From Chlamydiota bacterium (lineage in GTDB: Bacteria > Chlamydiota > Chlamydiia > Chlamydiales > RGXB01): a stretch of DNA of 64,000 bases. Shown one piece after another: positions 38,423-49,264 of this stretch. The stretch is taken from the NCBI GenBank assembly GCA_947494155.1, contig CANLTW010000005.1, forward strand, positions 1 through 64,000. Reading direction: 5' to 3'. Under the pieces are notes generated by a model. The model searched no databases, was not told the origin of the DNA, and was given only the letters and a program-made list of their open reading frames with translations. The translations under genes were made by a program, and so were the position numbers. Position 1 is the stretch's first letter. Each line of letters begins with the position of its first letter.

Positions 38423-39601
38423 TTGTCAGACGATCGGGTTCACGGGATCAACCCAGCCGGTGATGCGGCGCAAAAAATTCGCCAGCAACAACAGGCTCAA
38501 GAAAATTCTGCTCTATTAGCTGAAGAAGTCATGATCGAGGCCTCCGATGAGGAGTTTCAGGAATGGTGTGAAACTGCCGCTTTTAACCCCTTAGCAGCGA
38601 ATAATCGGGCTCAAGAGCTCGCAAAGCGACTACGGAATCCGAAGAAAGAGGAGTCGAGCGAGACCAAAGAAAAAGAGTTGGACCTACAGATCGTTGAAGA
38701 GATCTCGCAAGTAGCCGAAGAATTTTCGAGAAAAAACCCCGAATTCAATACCCGTGCTTTGATAGCACTTAGCCTAATCATATCGGCTGAAGATTCCATA
38801 GAAACTATTTTAGAAAAATTATTTGCCAGCTATCCCGATGCCTATCTAGTGGACGAGGCTATCGAGTTTCTTTTAAGGATTACCAAAGAGACAAATTCCC
38901 TTTTTGCCAAGCTTCTCGAAGCAAAAGCGCTTTTGCAAAAGAATTTTGAGCGGGAGATTCTCATTGGAAAAAACATTTCGCAAGAAGCGAGGGAGTTTTC
39001 TGAAAAGGGGCTGGGAAATGCCACAGGATTAAGAGATCTTTACAAGTGGGTCACTGGTACCGAGCAGGAACCTCTCAGGGTTTTTGAGGATTTGGTAAAA
39101 AAATTCCCCTATGAACAAATGAAGTCGGTACTGGCGTTTCTTTTGCATTCGTTAGGTTCTGATATAAAATCCAAAGGGCCGTCAATGGATCCTTTGGAGC
39201 TGCAAAAGCTTTTTGCCGAAACGCGCACGATGCAGGCGATTTTGGGAGTTTATCTGTTTTTCATGGGGCGCATGAATTTTCTTGAACGGCAATTTGGGCG
39301 TTACGGCGAACCCAAACCTGAAGAGATCAACTTTGAAACTTTAGCCAAAATTTTTATCCAGTTACTTGCTGAAAAATATCCTAGTGTAGGGAGAGTGCTG
39401 CAACTTGCTGCGCAGCTGCAAATTAGTAATTCTCTCATTGCCCAAATGATTATTTTTTCTAATTACCGCGATTCTTTAAGGTATGTATCCCCCCGCCTTT
39501 TTAAAAACGAGAAACAGCGCCAGGATCTTTTGCAAGCACTCATAGAGTGTGTGAGCGAGCTTGACGAAAAAATTGAGGAGATGGACGAGGAGGAGGAATA
39601 A
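38423..39601 (+). CDS. copN: Type III secretion gatekeeper CopN/SctW
   Basis: HrpJ/YopN-like helical protein (LRDLY..VT, SDIKSKGPS, SPRLF); followed by a class I chaperone and malQ, the chlamydial copN-scc1-malQ order. Confidence 0.85.
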   Translation: MSDDRVHGINPAGDAAQKIRQQQQAQENSALLAEEVMIEASDEEFQEWCETAAFNPLAANNRAQELAKRLRNPKKEESSETKEKELDLQIVEEISQVAEEFSRKNPEFNTRALIALSLIISAEDSIETILEKLFASYPDAYLVDEAIEFLLRITKETNSLFAKLLEAKALLQKNFEREILIGKNISQEAREFSEKGLGNATGLRDLYKWVTGTEQEPLRVFEDLVKKFPYEQMKSVLAFLLHSLGSDIKSKGPSMDPLELQKLFAETRTMQAILGVYLFFMGRMNFLERQFGRYGEPKPEEINFETLAKIFIQLLAEKYPSVGRVLQLAAQLQISNSLIAQMIIFSNYRDSLRYVSPRLFKNEKQRQDLLQALIECVSELDEKIEEMDEEEE

Positions 39602-40065
39602 TGAACTTTGCTCAACTGGTCGATGAGTTATCCGAGTTGCTTGGAATGGAGCTATCCATCGATAAAAATAGGGCCGTACGCTTTGTTTTGGATCGCACAA
39701 TAAAAATGCAATTAGAGTTCCACTCTTTCAAAGAGGCATTTTGCCTCATCATACCGCTTGAACAGCTCCACCAAGGGATGCGTAGGGAGGAGGTTTTAAA
39801 AGCTGCTTTAAAATCCAATCACACCTTTCGTCCTAAAGGGGGGCATTTTGGATACGTGGAAAAAAAAGGGTACCTTGTTCTCTTTAGTTATATCCCCTTA
39901 TCCATAGCAACAACTAAAATCGTTTTTGACGAGATGGTTCTTCTTTCGCAACAGGCTAGAGCCTGGCTTGAGGCCTTCAGTTCGGGACAAAGTGCCCCCC
40001 AAGGCGCTTTTGAAGAGAAAAATTTACCTCGTACTTCCCTTTTTAATGCGTTTGAAAAAAAATGA
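39601..40065 (+). CDS. scc1: Type III secretion class I chaperone (Scc1/SycE/CesT-like)
   Basis: 154 aa, VLKAALKSN, GHFGY, W.EA...GQ..P; directly after copN. Confidence 0.8.
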   Translation: MNFAQLVDELSELLGMELSIDKNRAVRFVLDRTIKMQLEFHSFKEAFCLIIPLEQLHQGMRREEVLKAALKSNHTFRPKGGHFGYVEKKGYLVLFSYIPLSIATTKIVFDEMVLLSQQARAWLEAFSSGQSAPQGAFEEKNLPRTSLFNAFEKK

Positions 40066-41480
40066 TCGGAATCGCAACACCCCTCTCCTTTTTAAGGTCT
40101 CATAAAAGCCAGGGCATTGGGGATCTGGAAGATCTCAAACAGCTGATTGATTGGGCAAGCTCGCTCAAATTAAACGTGATTCAACTCCTCCCCATCTCAG
40201 ATACCGTTTTTGAGAGCTCCCCCTACTCGGCTATCTCCTCAATTGCTCTTCATCCGATTTACCTAAGACTTCCCCAGTCCACCCCGTTTTTAGACTATCT
40301 CAATCAACAAGACCGGTTGAGTTACTCAACGGTCTACCAGGAAAAAATGCGTCTTTTGAGTCTATTACCTTTTGAATCTCTAGATCCCAATTTTTTAGAA
40401 AAATACCCCTCACTTTTGGAGTACGCTGTCTATAAAACTTTGAAAGAGGAGTCCCACTTTACTAGCCACGAAACCTTTATTTTCCAAAACTGCACCCCCG
40501 AGGAGATTTTGAAAGAAAAAGGTTCCTCGTTTTCCCAAAGAGTGGAGTTTCACCTAAAACTCCAGCAGCACCTATTTAAAAAATGGAAAGAGATCGCGAC
40601 CTACGCTCGGCAAAAACAGGTGCATTTGATGGGGGATCTTCCTATTTTGGTTTCCAGAGAGAGCCACGAAGTTTTTTTTCATCCGGAACTTTTTGATCTG
40701 CATTATGACGCCGGAGCCCCACCCGATGCGTTTGCCCCTCAAGGGCAAAACTGGGGTCATCCAATTTACAACTGGCCCAATCATGAGAAGGATGGTTTCA
40801 CCTTTTTCCTTCGCCGAAGAGATCTTCTACAAGAGTTTTTTACCCTCTATCGGATTGATCATGTGATCGGTTTTTTCCGATTTTGGAAAATACCTAAAGG
40901 GGAAAAAGGGATTCACGGAGCATTTAGTTCTGATGACCCCAAAGAGTACCTGCCTAAGGCTAAAAAAAGGCTTGAAGCGCTTTTAAAAAATACACTCAAC
41001 CCAGATCAAGCGGTGACAATCAAACCGATTGCAGAGGATCTTGGCGCAAAACCCCCTGGGATGGAGGAACTGCTCAAAGAGATGCGTATCCCCGGGATGG
41101 CGGTTTTACTCTGGACAGAGGATCCAAATAACAACCCAGTCGAGAGCCTTTCCACCCTTTCTTTACATGACACCTCGCTTTTAGCCTCCTGGTTTCGTCA
41201 AGAGACGGGGCGCACTATAAATGATGAGGAGCGTTTTACCCTTTTCAAGCTTTCTTTACAAGCACCCTCGATGTTCAAAATAAACCTTCTGCAGGAGTTT
41301 TTAGCTCTTGTACCCGAGTACAGATTTTTGTATGACGAATTAGAACAGATCAATATCCCGTCGACAGTTTCACCCGCAAACTGGACAGTGCGTATGAAGG
41401 GATGCTTAGAACAGATCCAAGAAAATACAGACCTTGCCACAAAGATCACATCTTTGTTAGAGTCAGTTTATGATCCTTAG
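40062..41480 (+). CDS. malQ: 4-alpha-glucanotransferase (GH77)
   Basis: GIGDL, IQLLP, SPYS, GAPPD, GQNWG.P, RIDHV.GF, AEDLG, HDT. Confidence 0.95.
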   Translation: MIGIATPLSFLRSHKSQGIGDLEDLKQLIDWASSLKLNVIQLLPISDTVFESSPYSAISSIALHPIYLRLPQSTPFLDYLNQQDRLSYSTVYQEKMRLLSLLPFESLDPNFLEKYPSLLEYAVYKTLKEESHFTSHETFIFQNCTPEEILKEKGSSFSQRVEFHLKLQQHLFKKWKEIATYARQKQVHLMGDLPILVSRESHEVFFHPELFDLHYDAGAPPDAFAPQGQNWGHPIYNWPNHEKDGFTFFLRRRDLLQEFFTLYRIDHVIGFFRFWKIPKGEKGIHGAFSSDDPKEYLPKAKKRLEALLKNTLNPDQAVTIKPIAEDLGAKPPGMEELLKEMRIPGMAVLLWTEDPNNNPVESLSTLSLHDTSLLASWFRQETGRTINDEERFTLFKLSLQAPSMFKINLLQEFLALVPEYRFLYDELEQINIPSTVSPANWTVRMKGCLEQIQENTDLATKITSLLESVYDP

Positions 41481-42987
41481 GTCCTTGGCATTTTTATTTT
41501 TATCCATCACTTCAAAAGAGAAAATCGACACGCTTTATCATAAAATTGATCCCTATTCTATCTCCAAACAGCTCGCATTTTATGAGCTTTACCCGGAAAC
41601 CCCAATGGGGAAAAAGGCCTTGCAAAGGGCTCTCGATCTCATTAATATCCATCGCCCGCTGTCAGACCAAATCGATTGTAAAGTAAAAATTCCCCCTTTT
41701 AACCCCAATCTAATCATCAGCTTATCCTCGCAACTCCCCAAAAAAGGGATGGAAAATATCACCGAAAGTGAACTTTTAACCATTCAAAAAATGGCTTCGC
41801 ATCTAAGCAATAGAAGACTCAAAGGTTTTAATGTGAAAAACCTTGAAGAGGCCAAAGAGATCGAAACTGATCAGATTGATCTAACCCGTTTTCTTTTGCT
41901 TGAGCTTGTTGAGGACCCAAAACAGCGCCTTTTTTACGAGGCAACCGTCGACTTGATGGCACTCGAAATTTTAGCCCATTTGCCAAAAGGGGCCAGCTTA
42001 GAGGAAAAATTGGAAAAAATTTCCTCGTACGTTTTTCACGACATGGAGTATAGATTTCCTCCCCAATCCATTTGGGTAGAAGAGCTCAATTCCTACACCC
42101 TTTTGCCGACGATTCTCGATAGCAGATTTGGGGTTTGCCTCGGTGTAAGTACTTTGTACCTAGCCTTAGCTCAAAGACTTGATCTCCCGCTAGTCCCTAT
42201 AACGCCGCCAGGGCACATTTTTGTACGATTTGAAAATCGAAATACGGCGATTAATATCGAAACGACTGCAAGGGGGATTCATCTTCCCGATTCCCACTAT
42301 CTTTCAGTACAAACAAAATCTTTGCAAAGAAGAACGATTCGTGAAGTGATTGGGCTCAATTTTATGAACCAGGGGGCGCTATTCTGGCAACAAAACAATC
42401 ATAAAAAAGCGATTGAAGCCTATACTATCGCCGAAAAATATATGGGAGAAGATCCCCTGCTTATGCGCTTTAAAGGGCTTCAACACCTCTTTTTAGGCGA
42501 AGAAGAGATCGCACTAAAAATTTTGAAAAAAATTCGTCATGTTACACTTGAAGGGTCTACATGTAAAGATTCCCAAATCGATGATCTCATTGCAAAAAAT
42601 ATCGATGCTGAAGGGATCAAACTATTGTACGATAAAGAGGGAAACGAGCGTAATGATATCGAAAAACAGATCCAACGTCTCGAAAATAAAGTGGAAAAGT
42701 TTCCAAAGTTTAGAGACGGCTTTTTTCATCTTGCAGGTGCGTGGCTTGGTCTGAATAGAACAAAAGAGGCCTATGAGGCGCTTTTAAAGTATCACCAAAT
42801 AGACTCTAATAATCCTGTTGTGGAGTATTATCTAGCAGCTTTGGCTTTGGATCGGATGCTACTTAAAGAGGGTAAATTCCATCTTCAAAAAGCACAAGAG
42901 CTTTTGAAAGAGCAATCCTACTCGCCCGATGTGTTAAAAACTCTCTATCTCTCCTACAAGAAAGAAGATCCTACTTTTGATTTTTAA
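41470..42987 (+). CDS. Transglutaminase-like (SirB1-type) plus TPR protein
   Basis: GVCLGVSTLYLALAQRLDLP...PGHIFVR...IETT followed by TPR-like helices. Confidence 0.75.
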   Translation: MILRSLAFLFLSITSKEKIDTLYHKIDPYSISKQLAFYELYPETPMGKKALQRALDLINIHRPLSDQIDCKVKIPPFNPNLIISLSSQLPKKGMENITESELLTIQKMASHLSNRRLKGFNVKNLEEAKEIETDQIDLTRFLLLELVEDPKQRLFYEATVDLMALEILAHLPKGASLEEKLEKISSYVFHDMEYRFPPQSIWVEELNSYTLLPTILDSRFGVCLGVSTLYLALAQRLDLPLVPITPPGHIFVRFENRNTAINIETTARGIHLPDSHYLSVQTKSLQRRTIREVIGLNFMNQGALFWQQNNHKKAIEAYTIAEKYMGEDPLLMRFKGLQHLFLGEEEIALKILKKIRHVTLEGSTCKDSQIDDLIAKNIDAEGIKLLYDKEGNERNDIEKQIQRLENKVEKFPKFRDGFFHLAGAWLGLNRTKEAYEALLKYHQIDSNNPVVEYYLAALALDRMLLKEGKFHLQKAQELLKEQSYSPDVLKTLYLSYKKEDPTFDF

Positions 42988-43094
42988 AAAAATGGTCTTA
43001 AACTAACTGAGAATCAATTTAAAATATTTTTTTGAAAAATCCTTTGAATTCTAAAATTCAAATCTTTATGGGAAAGAAAAAAAGGATCAAATAA

Positions 43095-43631
43095 ATGCTG
43101 AAAAAAATTCTGTTTTTTTCCCTATTTTGTGCGCTTTTGCACGCTGAGCCCATCGTTCTTGTTGAGATAAAAGGGCCAAAACTATTTTTTAAAGATGGAT
43201 CGGTCTATCGGTTAAATAAAGAGAGTACCGCCCGCTTCTCAGAAAAATCTCTCGGGGGCACTTTTGATGTTGTTCGCCTTGGAAAAGCGGATCGAAGAAG
43301 ATCCTACGACACCCAAATCAAAAATTCCTCAGGTACGTTTTTTGCACAAAGGGTTGCCGAGAAAACCGAGTGGAGACAGGTTAGCTTGATGAAAAAAAGC
43401 GGAGTTGTGAAAGCTGATAAGCCTATCAACTACTCCCGTCTTGTAGTTATTAGTCAAAATGATCGGGTTGTAAAGCTTTCTGACGGTAGCATCTTTGAAG
43501 CCCAAACCATCCTGCCCGAGCGAAAAATCGAGGGGGAAGAGGTTTCTATTGAAAAAGTAGAATTCTACCAAATCAAAACAAAACCGGGCGAAAAGATTTT
43601 GATGAAACAGGTAAGACGTAACAACTCTTAA
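43095..43631 (+). CDS. Secreted hypothetical protein
   Basis: Signal peptide MLKKILFFSLFCALLHA; two weakly similar halves (FKDGSVY / LSDGSIF). Confidence 0.65.
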   Translation: MLKKILFFSLFCALLHAEPIVLVEIKGPKLFFKDGSVYRLNKESTARFSEKSLGGTFDVVRLGKADRRRSYDTQIKNSSGTFFAQRVAEKTEWRQVSLMKKSGVVKADKPINYSRLVVISQNDRVVKLSDGSIFEAQTILPERKIEGEEVSIEKVEFYQIKTKPGEKILMKQVRRNNS

Positions 43632-43657
43632 TCTCTCATCTATGTTTTTGTAAAATT

Positions 43658-43690
43658 AAAGGGGTTTGCCAGGGCAATACCCCTTTTTTT
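43658..43690 (+). terminator. Intrinsic terminator
   Basis: GGGGTTTGC-cagg-GCAATACCCC followed by T7. Confidence 0.7.
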
Positions 43691-43865
43691 ATCCCATCAA
43701 ACCCTCCTTAAGTTTTTTTAACGTTTTAGAAATACTGGAAATTTTAGTCCAAAGAGTGCTTAATATAGCCCTAAAAATTGTGATCTTGAATATTTGTATT
43801 AAAAAAGCTTGCCAAAATGCAAAATAATTTTTATCAACGATTTCAAGGTTAAGGAGGATTCAACT

Positions 43866-46412
43866 ATGGACGTCGATTTTTCCGCATCCATCATTCATAT
43901 TCTCAACAAAGCCTTTTTTTTGGCCAAAGAGGAAAAATTTACCGAAGTAAGCGATGCCCTTTTTTTAAAAATTTTGCTTGAGGAGGGGGCGATCTTTTCC
44001 TCTTTGGTACACGATTTCGAAACCAAACTCCCCTCATATAAAGAAAAGTTAAGTGAAGAGATAAAAAAAACGCCCCGTTTTATCCAAGATATTGGGGAGC
44101 CAAAACCCTCCGCCTCTCTACAACAGCTCCTATTTAAAGCCGAAAAAATAAAAAAACAACTAAAAGACTCTTACACAAGCGAGCCCCATTTTCTCCCCCC
44201 CTTTTTAGAAAAATTTGGGCTAACTGAAGATGAGGGATTAAAAAAAATTCAAGCATTTACTTTAGGGAGATCTATGGACAGTCCCACAAGTGATCAGACA
44301 CTGAAAGCATTGGAAAAATATACCAGAAACCTCTCTGATCTGGCGGTCAAAGGGAAGTTAGATCCGGTTATTGGACGCGATGAGGAGATTTTAAGGACCA
44401 TGCAGGTACTTTGTCGGCGGACAAAAAACAATCCTATTTTGATAGGGCAACCAGGGGTGGGTAAAACAGCGATTGCTGAAGGGTTGGCAGTGAAAATAGT
44501 CCAAAAAGAGGTCCCCGATGCGATCGCAAATAAAACGGTACTCGCCTTGGATTTAGCCGAGCTCGTAGCCGGAACTAAGTTCCGTGGAGAATTTGAAGAG
44601 CGGCTAAAAGCTGTTCTTAAAGAGATCGAAGCTAAGGAGGGTTCGGTTATATTGTTTATAGATGAGGTGCACACGCTTGTTGGGGCCGGTTCCGCAGAGG
44701 GCTCCATGGATGCAGCGAACCTGCTGAAACCTGCCCTTGCAAGAGGGGTGCTGCACGCGATTGGGGCCACAACTCTGGCAGAGTACCAAAAATATATCGA
44801 AAAAGACCCTGCCCTCGAACGACGATTCCAGCAAATTCTTATTGAAGAGCCAACCCAAGATGAGGCCCTAGCAATTTTACGCGGACTTAAAGAGCGTTAT
44901 GAATCTTTTCATGGGGTGCAAATCACTGAGGAGGCCTTGCGCGCTGCAGTGCATCTTTCCTATCGCTACATCAGTGATCGATTCTTACCCGATAAAGCGA
45001 TCGACTTGATCGATGAAGGGGCTAGCTTAATTCGCATGCAAGTAGGATCTACCCCGCTACCTATCGATCAAATGAAGCGAAAAATAGCCTCTTTGATGAT
45101 CAAACTTGAAAATGTCAAGGGCTCAAAAGCGGATGAAGCGTCTATTGAAGAACAGATTACGCAACATCAGCGCCATTTGAAGGATCTTTCGGATCAGTGG
45201 GCCCTTGAGAAAAAGTTCATCGATGCAATCAATGCCAAAAAAAACCAACTTGAGAAAATCAAATTCCAAGAGGAGCTGGCTGAGCGTAATGCGGATTATA
45301 CCCTTGTCGCAAAGCTCCGTTATAAAGATCTTCCCGAAGTGATGTCTCAGATGCATGAGATGCAAAAAAAATTGCACGAGCTCCCCTCCCGACTGGTGCG
45401 AGAAGAGGTTGATGAAGCTCTGATTGCACAAATTGTGGGGCGTATGACCTCAATTCCTGTCGAAAAGATGGTGGAAAAAGATAAAGAGACTCTTCTAAGA
45501 CTTGAAGAAAGACTACACGATCGGGTGATCGGGCAGCATGAGGCGATTGTTTCCATTGCTGAAGCGATAAGAAGAAGCCGTAGCGGGCTGTCCGATCCTA
45601 AAAGGCCTATTGGATCCTTTCTTTTTATGGGTCCGACAGGGGTAGGAAAAACCGAGCTTGCGAAGGCTCTCGCTGAACTCTTATTTAATCAAGAAGAGGC
45701 GTTGATACGGCTGGATATGTCCGAGTACATGGAAAAGCATAGCGTTTCCAAACTCATCGGCTCACCCCCGGGGTACGTAGGTTACGAGGAGGGGGGGCAA
45801 CTCACCGAAGCGATTCGGCGACACCCTTACGCGGTTATTCTTTTGGATGAGGTGGAAAAAGCCCATCACGACGTTTTCAACATTCTTTTGCAAGTTCTTG
45901 ACGACGGGAGAATCACCGATAGTAAAGGGAGGGTCGTCAACTGCCGAAATGCTTTATTCATTCTGACTTCTAATATCGGATCTGACAAAATTTTGGAGGA
46001 ACTCGAACAAAGAGGCGAGCTCGATCAAAAACAGATGCAAACCCTCCTTGAGCCGGTATTAAGAAGCTATTTCAGACCCGAATTTTTAAATCGTCTTGAC
46101 GCAATCATCCCTTTCCACCCCTTGAGATTGGTTGATATGGAAAAGATTGTACTGCTACAGATGCACCAGGTGGAAAAAAGGCTTGAGGAGAAAAAAATCC
46201 AGCTCTCGTTAACAAAAAAGGCGGTTGAGTATCTTGCTCAAAAAGGGTACGACCCTATTTTTGGCGCAAGACCTTTGAAGAGATTGATCAGCCAAGAGAT
46301 TGTGAATTTAATGGCCAAGGAAATTCTTAACGGGCATATAGGTGCTAAAAGCCACATCCGCATCGATAGGAAAAATGACAGACTTATACTTGAAACTATA
46401 GAAGAGACATGA
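43866..46412 (+). CDS. clpB: ATP-dependent chaperone ClpB
   Basis: Two AAA+ modules ([16 protein letters not shown]), long middle coiled coil, no IGF loop; ATG 43866 after AAGGAGG (track start 43809). Confidence 0.95.
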   Translation: MDVDFSASIIHILNKAFFLAKEEKFTEVSDALFLKILLEEGAIFSSLVHDFETKLPSYKEKLSEEIKKTPRFIQDIGEPKPSASLQQLLFKAEKIKKQLKDSYTSEPHFLPPFLEKFGLTEDEGLKKIQAFTLGRSMDSPTSDQTLKALEKYTRNLSDLAVKGKLDPVIGRDEEILRTMQVLCRRTKNNPILIGQPGVGKTAIAEGLAVKIVQKEVPDAIANKTVLALDLAELVAGTKFRGEFEERLKAVLKEIEAKEGSVILFIDEVHTLVGAGSAEGSMDAANLLKPALARGVLHAIGATTLAEYQKYIEKDPALERRFQQILIEEPTQDEALAILRGLKERYESFHGVQITEEALRAAVHLSYRYISDRFLPDKAIDLIDEGASLIRMQVGSTPLPIDQMKRKIASLMIKLENVKGSKADEASIEEQITQHQRHLKDLSDQWALEKKFIDAINAKKNQLEKIKFQEELAERNADYTLVAKLRYKDLPEVMSQMHEMQKKLHELPSRLVREEVDEALIAQIVGRMTSIPVEKMVEKDKETLLRLEERLHDRVIGQHEAIVSIAEAIRRSRSGLSDPKRPIGSFLFMGPTGVGKTELAKALAELLFNQEEALIRLDMSEYMEKHSVSKLIGSPPGYVGYEEGGQLTEAIRRHPYAVILLDEVEKAHHDVFNILLQVLDDGRITDSKGRVVNCRNALFILTSNIGSDKILEELEQRGELDQKQMQTLLEPVLRSYFRPEFLNRLDAIIPFHPLRLVDMEKIVLLQMHQVEKRLEEKKIQLSLTKKAVEYLAQKGYDPIFGARPLKRLISQEIVNLMAKEILNGHIGAKSHIRIDRKNDRLILETIEET

Positions 46413-47557
46413 AAGAACTTAAGAAAAAACTTTTACCCCCCATCCTTTCCCTTTTTTTAGGGACCATAGGAAATAGCTTTTTTGGGACCCTACTCTCTTT
46501 AGACCTCAGAGAACTAGGTTTTTCCAATCTCGCTGTAGGGGGAATTGTCTCTATTTATTACACGGGGATGATGCTTGGCTCCTGGTTTCTGGAGAAAAAA
46601 ATTCTCAAATTTGGATTTTCTAAGTCGTATCTCGCGCTAGTCTTTTTGAACATCCTCTTTATTGCGCTGTTTCCCCTAAGTGGAGAACTTAGCTTCTTGT
46701 ACTTCATCCGCTTCTTTTTAGGGGTGATTCTTGGGGGAATTTTTGTGATTGTGGAGAGTTGGATTCTCCTTCTGGCTCCACCTGAAAAAAAGGGAGAGGC
46801 GATGTCATGGTATATGATAGGGCTCTATTCGGGCTCCTCTTTGGGGCAAATGATTTTAGGAGATACAACAAAACTGTTTCCGTTCAACATCTTAATTCCG
46901 GTGAGTGCATGTCTTATAGGTATGGTCGTTTTATTTTTTCAGACGCAGACTAACGATATTAAACAAGCTGAAGAGCCACCCAAATTATCAACACGAACAG
47001 TGCTGCAGCTCGCCCCTTTAGGTTTTTTTGGCAATCTTCTATCAGGATCCACTCTCAGTGTTTTTTACGGCCTAGTTCCGCTATACGGAAAAACTCTAGG
47101 ATTTTCTACTCATGAGGTCGGTTTGCTTATGGCAACCACTATTGCCGGGGGATTCGTAGGGCAATTGCCGATAGGGCGACTCTCTGACCGGTTTTCTAAA
47201 GACCTGGTGCTGATGATCAACGCTTTTGCTCTATTCTTTATCTCGATACCGATGCTTGTTGGGGGCAAGCTCCCTTTTGTTGTGCTCCTCGCCATCATGT
47301 TTATTTTTGGTATCCTTGCTTTTACCCTTTATCCTCTGTCCATTAATAGTCTTTGTGAAAAAATCCCCTCCAACCAAACGATGAGCGCTGTTACTAAGGG
47401 AATCGTTGCCTATGGGATTGGTTGTGTGTTTGGACCCATAGTAGCTCCATTTTTTATGGATCTTGAGCTCAAAGAAGGGCTCTTTTTTTATTTTCTTCTC
47501 AATACATCCCTTTTTGTCCTTTTATTCGGCAAAAGAGGTCTGACAAAGTTGAGCTGA
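46409..47557 (+). CDS. MFS transporter (YcaD-like)
   Basis: 12 TM-like segments, [18 protein letters not shown] motifs. Confidence 0.85.
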   Translation: MKELKKKLLPPILSLFLGTIGNSFFGTLLSLDLRELGFSNLAVGGIVSIYYTGMMLGSWFLEKKILKFGFSKSYLALVFLNILFIALFPLSGELSFLYFIRFFLGVILGGIFVIVESWILLLAPPEKKGEAMSWYMIGLYSGSSLGQMILGDTTKLFPFNILIPVSACLIGMVVLFFQTQTNDIKQAEEPPKLSTRTVLQLAPLGFFGNLLSGSTLSVFYGLVPLYGKTLGFSTHEVGLLMATTIAGGFVGQLPIGRLSDRFSKDLVLMINAFALFFISIPMLVGGKLPFVVLLAIMFIFGILAFTLYPLSINSLCEKIPSNQTMSAVTKGIVAYGIGCVFGPIVAPFFMDLELKEGLFFYFLLNTSLFVLLFGKRGLTKLS

Positions 47558-48634
47558 GGGGAAAATTCCCCTCTTGTTTTTAAAGTAGAGATTTCTTGAA
47601 AAAGACTCCTCTATACGTTTAAGAAATACAGGATCCTTTTTTGCCTTTTCGGTGAGGGTTTTATGGATTGCCTCTATACGGGGTAAGGGGAGCGTTTTTT
47701 TAGATCCGACTGGGCTTTCTCCCCCAAAAAGAAGGACGTCAGCCCCGGCCTCAATCGCACAAATAGCAGCCGTTTCCAGGCTCTCGTACTCTTTTTGTAC
47801 TGCATCCATCACCAGTGAATCGGTAAAAATCAGCCCCGAAAAGTTCATATCATTTCTAATAAACGCGTTCCATTTTGAGGAAAAAGAGACCATGAATTTG
47901 GGATCAAAATCTTTTACTATCATGTGGGCTGTCATGATCGCATCCACATGCTGGCTTAGACAGATAAAGGGGGCTAAATCCTCTTTCAGTAAAAGGGAAA
48001 ATTTTTTTTCTGTCACAGGAACCTCTTTATGAGAATCCTCATTGACAGCACCGTGGCCGGGAAAATGTTTTATGACCCCGATAAGCCCCTCATGTCTAAA
48101 CCCAAACAAAAGAGACTTTGCTATAGCGATCACCTCATCAGCAGAGCTGCTTATTGTCCTAGAATGGAGCAGGTTGCTGTTTAGGTTGGTTAAATCTACA
48201 ACGGGGGAAAAGTTTATCGAAATCCCCCCCTCTTTAAGCTCTTTTCCTATCAGTTCTCCCATAGCGACTATCGCATTTGAGCTCATGCATTTCCAAAAGG
48301 AGGCCTCTGGAATTTTGCTAAACCCCTTTGTTAGCCTCTGTACTCTCCCCCCTTCTTGGTCCACGGCAATCCAGCGCGGTATTCCACGAAAGCTTTGGAT
48401 CTGGTGTGAAAGGCGCTCTACTTGAGATCGGCTGAGTTCACCGTTTAAAAAGTTAAAGTAAATGACCCCGCCGATGTGAACTCTATCTATGATCTCTTCT
48501 AACTCTTCAGTCACCTCATTTCCATGAAAAGAGATCATAAAAAGTTGGCCCACCTTCTCCTCAAGAGAATATTCCACCTGGGCACAAAGCCCGTTCAAGT
48601 ATAAAAGAAAAAAGGGGAGAAATTTGAAAAACAT
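47522..48634 (-). CDS. nagZ: Beta-N-acetylhexosaminidase (GH3, NagZ-like) with signal peptide
   Basis: VDQEGGRVQR, SPVVD, KHFPGHG...DSH, IMTAH, TDSL.M; ATG at 48634 (track start 48661). Confidence 0.88.
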   Translation of the reverse strand: MFFKFLPFFLLYLNGLCAQVEYSLEEKVGQLFMISFHGNEVTEELEEIIDRVHIGGVIYFNFLNGELSRSQVERLSHQIQSFRGIPRWIAVDQEGGRVQRLTKGFSKIPEASFWKCMSSNAIVAMGELIGKELKEGGISINFSPVVDLTNLNSNLLHSRTISSSADEVIAIAKSLLFGFRHEGLIGVIKHFPGHGAVNEDSHKEVPVTEKKFSLLLKEDLAPFICLSQHVDAIMTAHMIVKDFDPKFMVSFSSKWNAFIRNDMNFSGLIFTDSLVMDAVQKEYESLETAAICAIEAGADVLLFGGESPVGSKKTLPLPRIEAIHKTLTEKAKKDPVFLKRIEESFSRNLYFKNKRGIFPSAQLCQTSFAE

Positions 48635-48647
48635 AAAAGAAAGACCG

Positions 48648-48694
48648 AAAAAAAGACCCACCTAAAAGCTTTTTAGGGCTTTTTTGTAGGTCTT
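48648..48694 (-). terminator. Intrinsic terminator after the 48707-49159 gene
   Basis: Minus strand AAGACCTAC...GTGGGTCTT stem followed by a T-tract. Confidence 0.6.
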
Positions 48695-48706
48695 CAATAC
48701 CTAACT

Positions 48707-49159
48707 TCACACGTTAGGAAAAATGTCTCTGAATTGATCTTTCAAAGAGGAGGGCACGATCTCATCCACCCCTGTTTTATCGTACATTAAAAAGTACATG
48801 CAGGAAAACATGATCCCAAGAGCTGGACTAAAAAGGGCTACAGCGAGAGCGATACCACAAACTAGGGATCTTTTAAAGGAGAGAAACGAGCGATTCAAGG
48901 ACTCTTTAAGGGACTGAAATTTATGAAAAGTGAGCATCATCAACACACCCTTCACTAATAAAGCCAAAGCCGAATAAAGACCCCATACAATATCCGCAAG
49001 CAAAAGGACGAAAAAGAAGAGTCTTGCTGCAAGAGCACTGAAAAAACTCCCCTTATCTTCTACAACGGCTTTTGGCGCTTGAGGGATAAAAAGCTGTTCC
49101 TCTTTTTGCCCTTGGAGCGTGCCGTAGTCAAAGATATTGTAAATCGCCATATTCCTCAT
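48707..49159 (-). CDS. Hypothetical membrane protein
   Basis: 150 aa, two hydrophobic regions, GAGG SD-like sequence near the start. Confidence 0.7.
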   Translation of the reverse strand: MRNMAIYNIFDYGTLQGQKEEQLFIPQAPKAVVEDKGSFFSALAARLFFFVLLLADIVWGLYSALALLVKGVLMMLTFHKFQSLKESLNRSFLSFKRSLVCGIALAVALFSPALGIMFSCMYFLMYDKTGVDEIVPSSLKDQFRDIFPNV

Positions 49160-49264
49160 CCTAATTTGTACTTATTGATCACAATAGCAAACAGGGCTCT
49201 TTTTGGTCATTGTTGCAACTTTGTTGATAAGTTTTGAACATCCTAACCTATTGATTTTCAATGA

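Noticed and set aside
43736..43762. CIRCE (HrcA) element upstream of clpB
   Set aside because: Only the right half-site (GAGTGCTTA) matches; the left half at 9-nt spacing does not
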